A stretch of 64,000 nt of DNA from Candidatus Omnitrophota bacterium (GTDB lineage: Bacteria; Omnitrophota; Gorgyraeia; Ghiorseimicrobiales; Ghiorseimicrobiaceae), in contig JAUXSB010000009.1 in assembly GCA_030681595.1 (NCBI GenBank), forward strand, positions 24,265 to 88,264. Reading direction: 5' to 3'. The position numbers were made by a program, and so were the translations under genes. Under the pieces are notes generated by a model. That model saw only the letters and a program-made list of their open reading frames with translations, made no database searches and was not told where the DNA came from. Positions 18,863-28,046 of the stretch are shown piece after piece (the stretch's first letter is position 1; every line of letters begins with the position of its first letter).

Positions 18863-20141
18863 AAATTTAGAATTATTAGACAAAAAATATATCTGGCATC
18901 CGTTTACGCAGATGTATGATTGGTTAAAAGAAGAACCGTTGATTATCAAAGAAGCCAAGGGTTCTTATTTAAAAGATATAAAAGGCAGGTGGTATTTAGA
19001 CGGTGTATCTTCTTTATGGGTAAATGTCCACGGCCACAGAAAAAAAGAGATTGATAGCGCGATAAAAAAACAACTGAGTAAAGTAGCGCATTCAACATTT
19101 TTTGGGCTAAGCCATAAACCCGCTATTGAATTGGCAGGGCGGCTCGTCAATATTGCTCCCGGAGGGCTTAGTAAAGTATTCTATTCGGATAATGGTTCAA
19201 CTAGCGTCGAGGTAGCCTTAAAAATATGCTTTCAATACTGGCGCCAGAAGGATAAAAAAGAAAAAACAAAATTTATATATTTTAAAAACTCCTATCACGG
19301 CGATACCATCGGTTCAGTTAGTGTTGGAGGTATAGGTTTATTTCATGGATTGTACCGGCCTTTGCTTTTTAAGGGGTATTGCTTGCCGTTTTCTATTGCG
19401 CGTGTAAAAAACGTTCTAGAAAAGCATCACCGGGAGATTGCCGGTTTAATCGTAGAGCCGATGATACAGGGGGCGGCAGGGATGTTGCTTATGCCGAAAG
19501 GATTTTTTAAAAAAATACGCGATTTATGCTTGCGTTATAATGTTTTGTTTATCGCTGATGAGGTTGCAACGGGGTTTGGCAGGACCGGGAAGATGTTTGC
19601 CTGCGAACATGAAGGGGTTAGGCCGGATATCTTATGTTTAGGTAAGGGAATTACCGCTGGATACCTTCCTTTGGCGGCGACATTGACGACAGGCAAAGTT
19701 TATTCTGCATTTTTAGGCGAATATAAAGATAAAAAGGCTTTTTTCCACGGCCACAGTTATACCGCTAATCCCTTAGCCTGTGTTGCGGCGATAGAGAATT
19801 TGAATTTGTTTGAAAGGGAAAAAACGCTTAAAAAATTGCAGCCGAAAATAAGCTTTCTTAAAAAAGAACTTAAAGCGTTTGAGGCGCTTGAACACGTCAA
19901 AGAAGTGCGGCAATTGGGTTTTATGGTAGGGATTGAACTGGTGAAAGATAAAGCCGGAAATGAGCCTTACCTTTGGGAAGAAAAAATCGGTATCCGCGTA
20001 ATAAAGGAAGCGAGAAAAAAAAGGGTTATCCTCAGGCCGCTTGGAAATGTCATAGTGCTTATGCCGCCTTTATCTATAAGCAGTTTTGAGCTAAAATTAC
20101 TTCTTGAAATTACTCGCCAGTCAATCCTGTCGGTAACCTAA
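18855..20141 (+). CDS. bioA: adenosylmethionine-8-amino-7-oxononanoate aminotransferase
   Basis: 428 aa class-III aminotransferase. Confidence 0.9.
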   Translation: MSKNLELLDKKYIWHPFTQMYDWLKEEPLIIKEAKGSYLKDIKGRWYLDGVSSLWVNVHGHRKKEIDSAIKKQLSKVAHSTFFGLSHKPAIELAGRLVNIAPGGLSKVFYSDNGSTSVEVALKICFQYWRQKDKKEKTKFIYFKNSYHGDTIGSVSVGGIGLFHGLYRPLLFKGYCLPFSIARVKNVLEKHHREIAGLIVEPMIQGAAGMLLMPKGFFKKIRDLCLRYNVLFIADEVATGFGRTGKMFACEHEGVRPDILCLGKGITAGYLPLAATLTTGKVYSAFLGEYKDKKAFFHGHSYTANPLACVAAIENLNLFEREKTLKKLQPKISFLKKELKAFEALEHVKEVRQLGFMVGIELVKDKAGNEPYLWEEKIGIRVIKEARKKRVILRPLGNVIVLMPPLSISSFELKLLLEITRQSILSVT

Positions 20142-20218
20142 GCGCGGGGGTTATCTTTGCCGGCCGCTATTATCTCTGGCGGCATTTAATGTGAGTCAAT
20201 TCGCAGCCAATTTCGGTA

Positions 20219-20246
20219 TTGACTTTAATTTTTAAAATAGTATAAT
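20219..20246 (+). promoter_or_regulatory. sigma70-like promoter (TTGACT-16-TATAAT)
   Basis: Near-consensus hexamers ~100 bp upstream of the GGDEF/HD-GYP gene. Confidence 0.55.
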
Positions 20247-20342
20247 TTATTTATGGGCTCTGTTTGGTTATTGGAGCATGATAAGAGGCTAGGGCAGGCA
20301 AGTTAAACCATAAAACAACCCTTTGGGAGTTAGGGTTGTTTT

Positions 20343-22409
20343 ATGGTTTTTGGGCATATTATTGTGAAGAAAAATAACAAAAAAATAGATAAGCAATTAT
20401 CTTTGTGTTTGCGGCATTCCGCGAGTAAAAATGTGGCTTTGCCTGACGAAGAAAGCCTGAAGGATAATGCGCAGCTTTACCGTAGCCTTATTGAGACATC
20501 GCCGGATGCCATTATGCTTATTGATAAAGACTTAAAAATCATTATGGTCAATAAGCAGGCTGTCAGATTACACGGTTTTGATAATATGCAGGAATTAATC
20601 GGCAAAAGCGCCTTAGATATTATAGCAGCCAATGACAGGAGGCGCGCCATAGGCAATGCTTTTAAAATTACTAAATATGGGACAAGGAAAAATATAGTAT
20701 ATACTTTTCTTAGGAAAGACGGTTCTTATTTTTTTGGCGAGTTAAATGTATCGGTAGTCAGGGATAAATTGAAGATGAACAATGTTTTTATCGGGATAGT
20801 CAGGGATATTACCGAACATAGAAAAGCGGATGAGGTGTTAAAGTTGTCCGAAGAGCGTTACCGGGCTACTCTTGATTCTATGGCAGATGGTATACATGTA
20901 GTTGATTCGAGTATGCGCATCATTTTGTTTAATCAGGCGTTTATAAATTTAAACAAGAATTTAAAGTTGGGTTGTAGAGCGATAGGAAAAAATTTATTTG
21001 ACGTATTCCCTTTTCTATCGGATAAAGCGCGCAACGAATACAAAAAAGTATTTAAGACAGGAAAGACTGTAATTACTTCTGAATGCCATATGGCTAAAGG
21101 CAGGGAAATTAACCTGGAAGTAAGAAAAATCCCTATTTTAGAACAGGGCATAGCGGCAAGAGTCCTGACAGTTATTGTGGATGTCAGCCAACGCAAGTTC
21201 CTGGAAAAGGAATTTGAGAAGGTTCATAGAGAGATCTTAGAGTCAAATATGAAATTAAAAGAGTTGGCCATGCTGGATTCCCATACCGGCCTTTATAATC
21301 ATCGTTATTTGGAAGATATCCTTGAGAAAGAATTTTTGAGGGCAAAGCGTTGTAAATACCATATTTCGCTAATTATGTTAGATATAGACTATTTTAAATC
21401 TATAAATGATGTTTACGGGCATCAATTCGGTGATTTGGTATTAAGGCAGTTCGCTACGCAGATTAGGAAGGTGGTACGTAAATATGACATCGTTACCAGA
21501 TTCGGCGGGGAGGAATTTGTGATTGTATCGCCGGGAACGAACACTCAAACAGCTTTATCCTTGGCAGGCAGGATTTCAAGCAATATAAATCTTTGCAATT
21601 TCGGAGACAAGAGTCACCATGTTAAGATAAAGTTAAGCATGTCCATAGTTTCTTATCCGGAAAACGATGCGGCGACCGGCATGGGTTTGCTTAATGTTGC
21701 CGATAAAGTATTGAATAGGGTTAAAGAAGAAGGCGGCGACAGGATTTATGCTTATTCGGATATTTCAAAACAGGGGCAAATTGATAACGCAACGCGCGGA
21801 GAAGATATAGATGTTGAAGTCATAAAAGATAAGATGGATAAACTTACGAAGCGCGTCAACCAGAGTTTAGTGGAGGCAATCTTTGCTTTTGCTAAAACAA
21901 TTGAATTAAAAGACCACTATACCGGCGAGCATGTGGAGCGTACTGTTGAATATGCCACAGGGCTTTGCCGCGCCCTTAATCTTTCTAAAGAGGAGACAAA
22001 TATTATTAAGCAGGCGGCCATACTGCATGATTTAGGAAAAATCGGCATAAGCGATAAAATTTTACTTAAGAAATCCAAGCTTACTAAAAAGGAATTTGAG
22101 GAAATCAAGAAACACCCGCAGATTGCCGCGGATATAATTCGTCCCGTTCAATTCCTGCATAATATAGTCCCCCTGGTCCTTTATCACCATGAGCGATGGG
22201 ACGGCAAAGGTTACCCTAGCGGCTTAAAGGGCGAGCAGATCCCTATAGGGGCGCGCATAATTTCTATCGCGGACGCATACCAGGCGTTAATCTCCGATCG
22301 TGCTTACCGTAAGGCATACCCTAAGAAAGAGGCAATAAAAATACTTCGGGAAGAATCCGGCACAAGATATGATCCGGCAATTCTGGATATGTTTTTGAAC
22401 GTCACATAA
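20343..22409 (+). CDS. PAS/PAC-PAS-GGDEF-HD-GYP protein (bifunctional c-di-GMP cyclase/phosphodiesterase)
   Basis: Two PAS regions, GGDEF variant GGEEF (RFGGEEFVIV), and a C-terminal HD-GYP (HD…HHERWDGKGYP). The N-terminal ~45 aa is uncertain because the start codon lies inside a hairpin. Confidence 0.85.
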   Translation: MVFGHIIVKKNNKKIDKQLSLCLRHSASKNVALPDEESLKDNAQLYRSLIETSPDAIMLIDKDLKIIMVNKQAVRLHGFDNMQELIGKSALDIIAANDRRRAIGNAFKITKYGTRKNIVYTFLRKDGSYFFGELNVSVVRDKLKMNNVFIGIVRDITEHRKADEVLKLSEERYRATLDSMADGIHVVDSSMRIILFNQAFINLNKNLKLGCRAIGKNLFDVFPFLSDKARNEYKKVFKTGKTVITSECHMAKGREINLEVRKIPILEQGIAARVLTVIVDVSQRKFLEKEFEKVHREILESNMKLKELAMLDSHTGLYNHRYLEDILEKEFLRAKRCKYHISLIMLDIDYFKSINDVYGHQFGDLVLRQFATQIRKVVRKYDIVTRFGGEEFVIVSPGTNTQTALSLAGRISSNINLCNFGDKSHHVKIKLSMSIVSYPENDAATGMGLLNVADKVLNRVKEEGGDRIYAYSDISKQGQIDNATRGEDIDVEVIKDKMDKLTKRVNQSLVEAIFAFAKTIELKDHYTGEHVERTVEYATGLCRALNLSKEETNIIKQAAILHDLGKIGISDKILLKKSKLTKKEFEEIKKHPQIAADIIRPVQFLHNIVPLVLYHHERWDGKGYPSGLKGEQIPIGARIISIADAYQALISDRAYRKAYPKKEAIKILREESGTRYDPAILDMFLNVT

Positions 22410-22480
22410 AACAAAAAAATTATCCTGCCTAACATTTTATCTTGCAAGCAGTTAGTGCTAAGAGAATAACCTTTTTAATC

Positions 22481-22510
22481 TTGACTATTTCTGTAAAAAT
22501 GAGCTATAAT
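22481..22510 (+). promoter_or_regulatory. sigma70-like promoter (TTGACT-18-TATAAT) upstream of the PilZ gene
   Basis: Consensus hexamers, 35 bp upstream of the ATG. Confidence 0.5.
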
Positions 22511-22545
22511 ATCATTTTGAATTTATATATATTTAGGGAGGGTAA

Positions 22546-22968
22546 ATGGATTCTATCGAAAATGGGCACAGGGGTATAGAACGAAGGCGGTTTGTCCGCC
22601 TGCCTTACAGGTCGCCGCTTAAATACAAAATCTGTAAAGAAGACACGATAAAAAAACTAATGTCCGGCTATACCGAGAATATCAGCCAGTCTGGCCTGCT
22701 CTGTAATATTAATGACCAGGTGCCTCTAGACTGTGTATTGTGGCTTGCTTTGGACATGGGGATTTTAAGCATTTGCTCCGAGATAGAGAGGAATAGTGTT
22801 ATCCTGCAGCATGGCATACTCGGCCGGGTGATAAGGACTTATCAGAAAAAAAACGGCAGTTTCGATGTGGGCGTGCGTTTTCTTACGCGGAGCGAAACAG
22901 ATACCGGCAGCCTTTTCCAGAAGGCTTACGTAGATGAGGCGATGTTAGGAGATAATGCGGATAGATAA
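22546..22968 (+). CDS. PilZ-domain c-di-GMP receptor (single domain)
   Basis: RRRFVRL (RxxxR) and NISQSGLL (D/NxSxxG) motifs. Confidence 0.75.
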   Translation: MDSIENGHRGIERRRFVRLPYRSPLKYKICKEDTIKKLMSGYTENISQSGLLCNINDQVPLDCVLWLALDMGILSICSEIERNSVILQHGILGRVIRTYQKKNGSFDVGVRFLTRSETDTGSLFQKAYVDEAMLGDNADR

Positions 22969-23950
22969 AATTGCTATACTGGGAGATGGTGGGTGGGGGA
23001 CTACCTTAAGCATCTTGCTTTCCAAAAAGGGGTTTAGGGTTTCTCTTTGGAGTGCCTCAGAAGAATACGCGTATTTTTTAGATAAAAAGAGGAACAACGC
23101 AAAATTTCTTCCCGGCGTCAGGATTCCAAAAAATATAAAAATTAGTTCCGACATATCTAAAATTATCTTGGCGGCAGAAGTATTGGTTTTGGCTATTCCT
23201 TCGCAGTATTTACGCGGCGTATTATCAAAAATAAAACGTGAATTCTTGCATAACAAGCTTATTGTAAGCGTGGTTAAGGGCATTGAGAATAAAACTCTGA
23301 TGCGGATGTCCGAAGTAACGAGAGATGCTTTAGGTAATATCAGGGTTTCGGTATTATCCGGCCCGACCATCGCGCGCGAGGTGGCCAATCTTATTCCCTC
23401 GGCCGCAGTTGTTGCCTCCAGTGACCCTCTGACAGCCAGCTTGCTGCAAGGGATATTTATGACTGATAGGTTTAGGATTTACACTAACGATGATATCGCA
23501 GGCGTAGAATTGGGAGGGAGTATTAAAAATGTTATTGCTATTGCCTGCGGCATCTGCGATGGCCTGAAATTCGGCGCCAATACTAAAGCAGCGCTTCTTG
23601 CGCGAGGCTTAACAGAAATGTGCCGTTTAGGCATAGCGATGGGAGCGAAAGTACATACTTTTTACGGATTAAGCGGATTAGGGGATTTGGTTACGACCTG
23701 CAGCAGTGTTTACAGCAGGAATCGCGGCTTAGGAGAAAAAATAGGGCGTGGTAAGAAACTAAAAGATATCATTACGCATATGGATATGGTGGCCGAGGGC
23801 GTGCCGACGACAAAATCCGTATATGAATTGAGCAAGAAATATAAAGTAGATATGCCCATAACTAAAGAGGTATACTCTGTTCTTTACAAGAACAAGAATC
23901 CGCTTAAGGCGGTAGATGATTTGATGACGAGAAGGGGTAAAAACGAGTAG
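22955..23950 (+). CDS. gpsA: NAD(P)H-dependent glycerol-3-phosphate dehydrogenase
   Basis: N-terminal Rossmann ILGDGGWGTT plus the GpsA C-terminal domain. Confidence 0.9.
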   Translation: MRIDKIAILGDGGWGTTLSILLSKKGFRVSLWSASEEYAYFLDKKRNNAKFLPGVRIPKNIKISSDISKIILAAEVLVLAIPSQYLRGVLSKIKREFLHNKLIVSVVKGIENKTLMRMSEVTRDALGNIRVSVLSGPTIAREVANLIPSAAVVASSDPLTASLLQGIFMTDRFRIYTNDDIAGVELGGSIKNVIAIACGICDGLKFGANTKAALLARGLTEMCRLGIAMGAKVHTFYGLSGLGDLVTTCSSVYSRNRGLGEKIGRGKKLKDIITHMDMVAEGVPTTKSVYELSKKYKVDMPITKEVYSVLYKNKNPLKAVDDLMTRRGKNE

Positions 23951-23973
23951 GGGGAGGTTTTATAAATTTCTAA

Positions 23974-24051
23974 CGGGGCGTGGCTCAGTTTGGCTAGAGC
24001 ACTTGAATGGGGTTCAAGGGGTCGACAGTTCGAGTCTGTCCGCCCCGACCA
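23974..24051 (+). tRNA. tRNA-Pro (anticodon GGG), with encoded CCA
   Basis: Manually folded. Acceptor CGGGGCG/CGCCCCG with the C1:G72 pair typical of tRNA-Pro and U8. D-stem GCTC/GAGC. Anticodon stem CTTGA/TCAAG with loop AT-GGG-GT. T-arm GACAG-TTCGAGT-CTGTC. Discriminator A, then CCA. Confidence 0.8.
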
Positions 24052-24135
24052 ATTTTATAGTGGTAAATATTTATTTAAAGTCAATAATACATCCTTGAAC
24101 CCAAGGTAACAATGGCAGTAACATATAAATAGATT

Positions 24136-24495
24136 ATGTGGGAAGAAGATTCGGAAGAGAAGCGCAAGGCTCCTCGAATAAAAAAACAGCTTGTCATTCA
24201 ATATAGTTTTAAGCGCGGGATAGACCAGCCTGAAGTTTGGGATGAGTCTGTGATAAATGATATAAGCGAGACAGGTGCTAGTTTTAACGTCGGTAAGCAG
24301 TTTAGGCGTGACGAAATCTTTGTTATATACCTGTATTCTCCGGTAAATCCCGCAGATAAAATAGAGATTAAGGTAAAAGTGATAGATTCGGCTGCGTCCA
24401 GTATAGGCATACATAGAACAAGAGTGGAATTCGTTGGTCTCTTAGAGGAGCAAAAAATCCTGCTTAGGGAGTGTATCGCACAATTTTTGAAATAA
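24136..24495 (+). CDS. PilZ-domain protein (single domain, 119 aa)
   Basis: KRKAPRI and NDISETGASF motifs. Confidence 0.7.
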   Translation: MWEEDSEEKRKAPRIKKQLVIQYSFKRGIDQPEVWDESVINDISETGASFNVGKQFRRDEIFVIYLYSPVNPADKIEIKVKVIDSAASSIGIHRTRVEFVGLLEEQKILLRECIAQFLK

Positions 24496-24513
24496 AATTT
24501 AAGGAGGCATAAA

Positions 24514-24879
24514 ATGGCTTACAACGGAAAAGAAAGACGAAAGTACACCCGCATTAGTAGAACCTTTATAGTCTCTTACAGGATTTTAAAAGAAGTCGAT
24601 AATTACGACTTAACGCAAACTAAGAATATTAGTACCGGAGGAATGCTTCTTACGACAAACAGGCTTTTTGGCCCGGGCACGCTTTTAGCCATAGATATAA
24701 GGCTGCCTTTCTTGATTGAGCCTTTGAATTTAAAAGGACAGGTCATTGATTCCAGGGAAGTGGTAAAAAATTTGATCTATGATACCCATCTGGAGCTTAT
24801 CGATGCCGATGAGGAAACCAAAGAAGTGATTAATAAGACGGTAGTTTATCACCTTAAGAAGGCCGGAGAACAGAAATGA
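24514..24879 (+). CDS. PilZ-domain protein (single domain, 121 aa)
   Basis: ERRKYTRI and KNISTGGMLL motifs. Tandem paralogue of the previous ORF. Confidence 0.72.
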   Translation: MAYNGKERRKYTRISRTFIVSYRILKEVDNYDLTQTKNISTGGMLLTTNRLFGPGTLLAIDIRLPFLIEPLNLKGQVIDSREVVKNLIYDTHLELIDADEETKEVINKTVVYHLKKAGEQK

Positions 24880-26171
24880 AAAGAGTTAATATTGGCTTAA
24901 TCGGGTTCGGCACGGTAGGAAGCGGCGTAGCAAGGGCGCTCCTGGAAAGAAAATCACTGCTTGCCAAAAGAAGCGGCATAGAGCTGGTTTTAAAAAAGAT
25001 CTGCGATAAAGACCTATCGCGCAGGCGTTCGGTTATTGTGAATAAGTCGCTTCTGACCGATAACGTAAATGAAATCCTAAATGATAAAGAAATTGATATA
25101 GTAATTGAGCTTATCGGTGGGATACATCCGGCGAAGGAGATAATCATAGAGGCGTTAAAGAAAGGCAAGCATGTTGTTACCGCCAATAAGGCGCTTTTGG
25201 CAGAAGAAGGCCTAGGGTTGTTTAAACTTGCCGACAGGCTAAATAAAAATATTTATTTTGAGGCTTCTGTAGGCGGAGGAATTCCGCTTATCAAATCTCT
25301 AAAAGAAGGCCTTGTTGCCAATAGGGTTGAGGCGATTTACGGCATTGTAAATGGGACATGCAATTTTATCTTAACCCAGATGTCGGAGAGAGGCATAAGT
25401 TTTAAGGATGCTTTGGCAGAGGCGCAAAAAAGAGGTTTTGCTGAGCGGAAGCCGACCTTAGATATAGAGGGGTTTGATTCGGCACATAAATTAGCCGTGC
25501 TTACCCAGCTGGCATTTGGTAAGTTTGTAAAAATGTCTGATATTTTTATTGAAGGGATTTCGCGTATTTCGCTGCAGGATATACGTTATGCCGCGGAGCT
25601 TGGTTTGGTGATAAAACTTCTTGCCATTGCCAAAAAAGAAAAGGATGAGCTGGAAGTGCGCGTGCACCCGACAATGATACCGCGCGATCACCTTTTGGCC
25701 TCTGTAGGCGGAGCTTTTAACGCTATTTATATTTCGGCGGATATGGTCGGCGATATGCTTTTTTACGGTTTAGGCGCGGGGCAGAATCCTACCGCATCCG
25801 CGGTGGTAAGCGATTTGGTATCTTTGGCGCAGGCCTTAAATGGCGAAGAGGCATATGTCAGGCCGTTTGATTTTTCTCAAGGTAAATCTATCCGCCATTT
25901 GCGGAAAATAGACCAAATCAGCACGAGATTTTATATCAGGTTTATGGCAATTGATAAGCCGGGTATTTTTGCGAAAATTTCCGGTATCTTAGGCAAGTAT
26001 AAGATTAGTATTGCATCTGTCGCGCAAAAGGAAAGGCGCCGCGCAAAGATTGTCCCGGTTGTAATAATTACTCATGAAGCGCTGGAAAAGTCAATGCGTA
26101 TTGCCTTAGAAAAAATAAATAAGCTAGCCATCGTTAAAGAAGCAGTAGCGATTAGGATGGAAGAGACTTAA
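24876..26171 (+). CDS. hom: homoserine dehydrogenase with a C-terminal ACT domain
   Basis: N-terminal NAD-binding GLIGFGTVG, catalytic domain, and an ACT-like C-terminus. Confidence 0.9.
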   Translation: MKRVNIGLIGFGTVGSGVARALLERKSLLAKRSGIELVLKKICDKDLSRRRSVIVNKSLLTDNVNEILNDKEIDIVIELIGGIHPAKEIIIEALKKGKHVVTANKALLAEEGLGLFKLADRLNKNIYFEASVGGGIPLIKSLKEGLVANRVEAIYGIVNGTCNFILTQMSERGISFKDALAEAQKRGFAERKPTLDIEGFDSAHKLAVLTQLAFGKFVKMSDIFIEGISRISLQDIRYAAELGLVIKLLAIAKKEKDELEVRVHPTMIPRDHLLASVGGAFNAIYISADMVGDMLFYGLGAGQNPTASAVVSDLVSLAQALNGEEAYVRPFDFSQGKSIRHLRKIDQISTRFYIRFMAIDKPGIFAKISGILGKYKISIASVAQKERRRAKIVPVVIITHEALEKSMRIALEKINKLAIVKEAVAIRMEET

Positions 26172-26223
26172 GGATTCTCAATAACCAATGACCAAATCCC
26201 AATTGAAATTGGAAATTGGCTAA

Positions 26224-27339
26224 TTGGAAATTGGGTATTTTAAAACTATGTGGCAGGGGATAATTTCGCAGTATAAAAATTATTTAGATTGTATAAACAA
26301 TAAAACTCCGGTTGTGACGATAAACGAGGGCAATACGCCTTTAGTCTATTCGCATAATCTAAGCAAGTTAATCGGCGCAGAAGTCTATTTAAAATACGAA
26401 GGCTTGAATCCTACCGGTTCATTCAAGGATAGGGGCATGACCGTTGCCATATCTAAGGCAAAAGAGGATAAATCAAAGGCAGTAATTTGCGCCTCGACGG
26501 GGAATACCTCCGCGTCAGCGTCTGCGTATGCGGCAAAGGCGGGATTAAAGTCTATTGTGCTGGTGCCGGAAGGCGCAATTGCCCTAGGAAAGCTTTCGCA
26601 GGCCTTAATTCACGGCGCGATAGTATTACAGGTTAAGGGTAATTTTGACGATGCTTTGAATATGGTAAGAGAAATCAGTTCGAAATATCCTATAACATTA
26701 GTTAATTCAATTAACCCTTACCGCCTTGAGGGGCAGAAAACCGGTGCCTTTGAGATATGCGATTGTTTGGGGGGAGCGCCTGATTTTCAGGTAATGCCTG
26801 TGGGCAATGCCGGCAATATCACAGCTTATTGGAAGGGGTATAAAGAATACAGGGAAAAAGGAAAGATAAAAGTTCTTCCGAAAATGCTGGGTTTTCAAGC
26901 AGCGGGTGCGGCTCCTATCGTAAAAGGGCATATCATTAGGAAACCAAAGACAATTGCGACGGCTATCCGTATCGGCAACCCTGCCAGCTGGAGGAGGGCC
27001 CAAGAGGCGCGGGATGAGTCCGGCGGCTTAATCGACATGGTAAGCGACAAAGAGATTCTTTCGGCGTATAAATTTTTAGCGCAGAAAGAAGGAGTTTTTG
27101 TTGAACCGGCATCCGCGGCATCCGTTGCCGGTTTATTTAAATTAGTTAAAAAAGGATACTTTTCCCGCATACGACCCAAGCCATCGCTTGGGTGCCCCGA
27201 CGCAGGACGCACAACGCGAATAGTTTGCATCCTTACCGGCCATGGATTAAAGGATCCCGATATGGTGCTGGCAACAATAAAAAAACCAAAGGTAATAAAG
27301 GCCGATATAAAAGCGGTATTAAAAGAAATTGGATATTAA
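26224..27339 (+). CDS. thrC: threonine synthase
   Basis: PLP lysine in PTGSFKDRG. The start could instead be the Met at 26248. Confidence 0.9.
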   Translation: MEIGYFKTMWQGIISQYKNYLDCINNKTPVVTINEGNTPLVYSHNLSKLIGAEVYLKYEGLNPTGSFKDRGMTVAISKAKEDKSKAVICASTGNTSASASAYAAKAGLKSIVLVPEGAIALGKLSQALIHGAIVLQVKGNFDDALNMVREISSKYPITLVNSINPYRLEGQKTGAFEICDCLGGAPDFQVMPVGNAGNITAYWKGYKEYREKGKIKVLPKMLGFQAAGAAPIVKGHIIRKPKTIATAIRIGNPASWRRAQEARDESGGLIDMVSDKEILSAYKFLAQKEGVFVEPASAASVAGLFKLVKKGYFSRIRPKPSLGCPDAGRTTRIVCILTGHGLKDPDMVLATIKKPKVIKADIKAVLKEIGY

Positions 27340-27994
27340 TAAGAGTAACCAGAAACCAGTAACCAGTAACCAGAATTTAAAAAATAAGAGAATATTGATT
27401 ACGGCAGGCCCCACCTGGGTTCCTATAGATAGTGTTAGGGTAATTAGTAATATTGCTACAGGAGAGACCGGAATTATTTTAGCCCAAAAGTTACGCAAGG
27501 CAGGCTGTAAAGTTACGTTGTTACTTGGACCTGTGGGTAATTATCAGAATAAGAAAATACGGCTTTTGCGTTTTAGGTTTTTTGAAGAATTAAAGGCTAT
27601 ACTTAAGAGAGAATTATGCCGCGGTAGATACGATATTGTAATTCATTCAGCCGCGGTTTCTGACTATAAGCCGAAGAAATCTTTTAGGCGAAAGCTTGTA
27701 TCCAGCATTAAAAATCTTAAGATAGATTTAATCCCGGCAGAAAAAATCATCGATTTAATTAAGCGGACTGACAATTCTTTATTTTTGGCGGGTTTTAAAT
27801 TTGAGCCTGATATAAATAAGGAAAAACTTTTGGCGCAGGCAAGAGAATTAATGAAGCGTAGCGCTTGTGATTTGGTGGTAGCTAATACGCTTAGGGGCGG
27901 ACGTTATTCGGCATATTTAGTCAGAAGCGATAAAGTTCAAGGCCCGTTATATACTAAAAAAAAATTAGCAGAACAGTTGATAAAAAATCTATGA
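27329..27994 (+). CDS. coaB: phosphopantothenate-cysteine ligase (CoaB-only). Start uncertain.
   Basis: ITAGPTWVPIDSVRVISNIATGETG motif. The first ~25 codons contain the aaccagt heptamer tract and may be 5' leader. An alternative TTG start is near 27403. Confidence 0.75.
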   Translation: MDINKSNQKPVTSNQNLKNKRILITAGPTWVPIDSVRVISNIATGETGIILAQKLRKAGCKVTLLLGPVGNYQNKKIRLLRFRFFEELKAILKRELCRGRYDIVIHSAAVSDYKPKKSFRRKLVSSIKNLKIDLIPAEKIIDLIKRTDNSLFLAGFKFEPDINKEKLLAQARELMKRSACDLVVANTLRGGRYSAYLVRSDKVQGPLYTKKKLAEQLIKNL

Positions 27995-28046
27995 ACCCCG
28001 CCCTTCCTAAAAAGAGCGGGGGATCCGAGAAAGGAAGAGCGGGGTG
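27995..28046 (+). promoter_or_regulatory. repeated leader element copy 2, embedding the SD and GTG start of apgM
   Basis: accccgcccttcct…agagcggggg…gaaaggaagagcggggtGa. The block agagcgggg occurs twice, so ccccgccc has two alternative pairing partners. Confidence 0.5.

Noticed and set aside
20247-20342. c-di-GMP (GEMM) riboswitch upstream of the GGDEF/HD-GYP gene
   Set aside because: The leader is only ~95 nt. I could not find the conserved GEMM P1/P2 tetraloop-receptor motifs. Reported only as a generic hairpin or attenuator.
27343-27372. Heptamer (aaccagt) tract treated as genuine N-terminal coding sequence of CoaB
   Set aside because: CoaB homologues start a few residues before the ITAGPT motif. 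The tract more likely lies in the thrC-coaB junction or leader, like the other junction heptamer arrays. Kept as an uncertain start and not as a protein feature.
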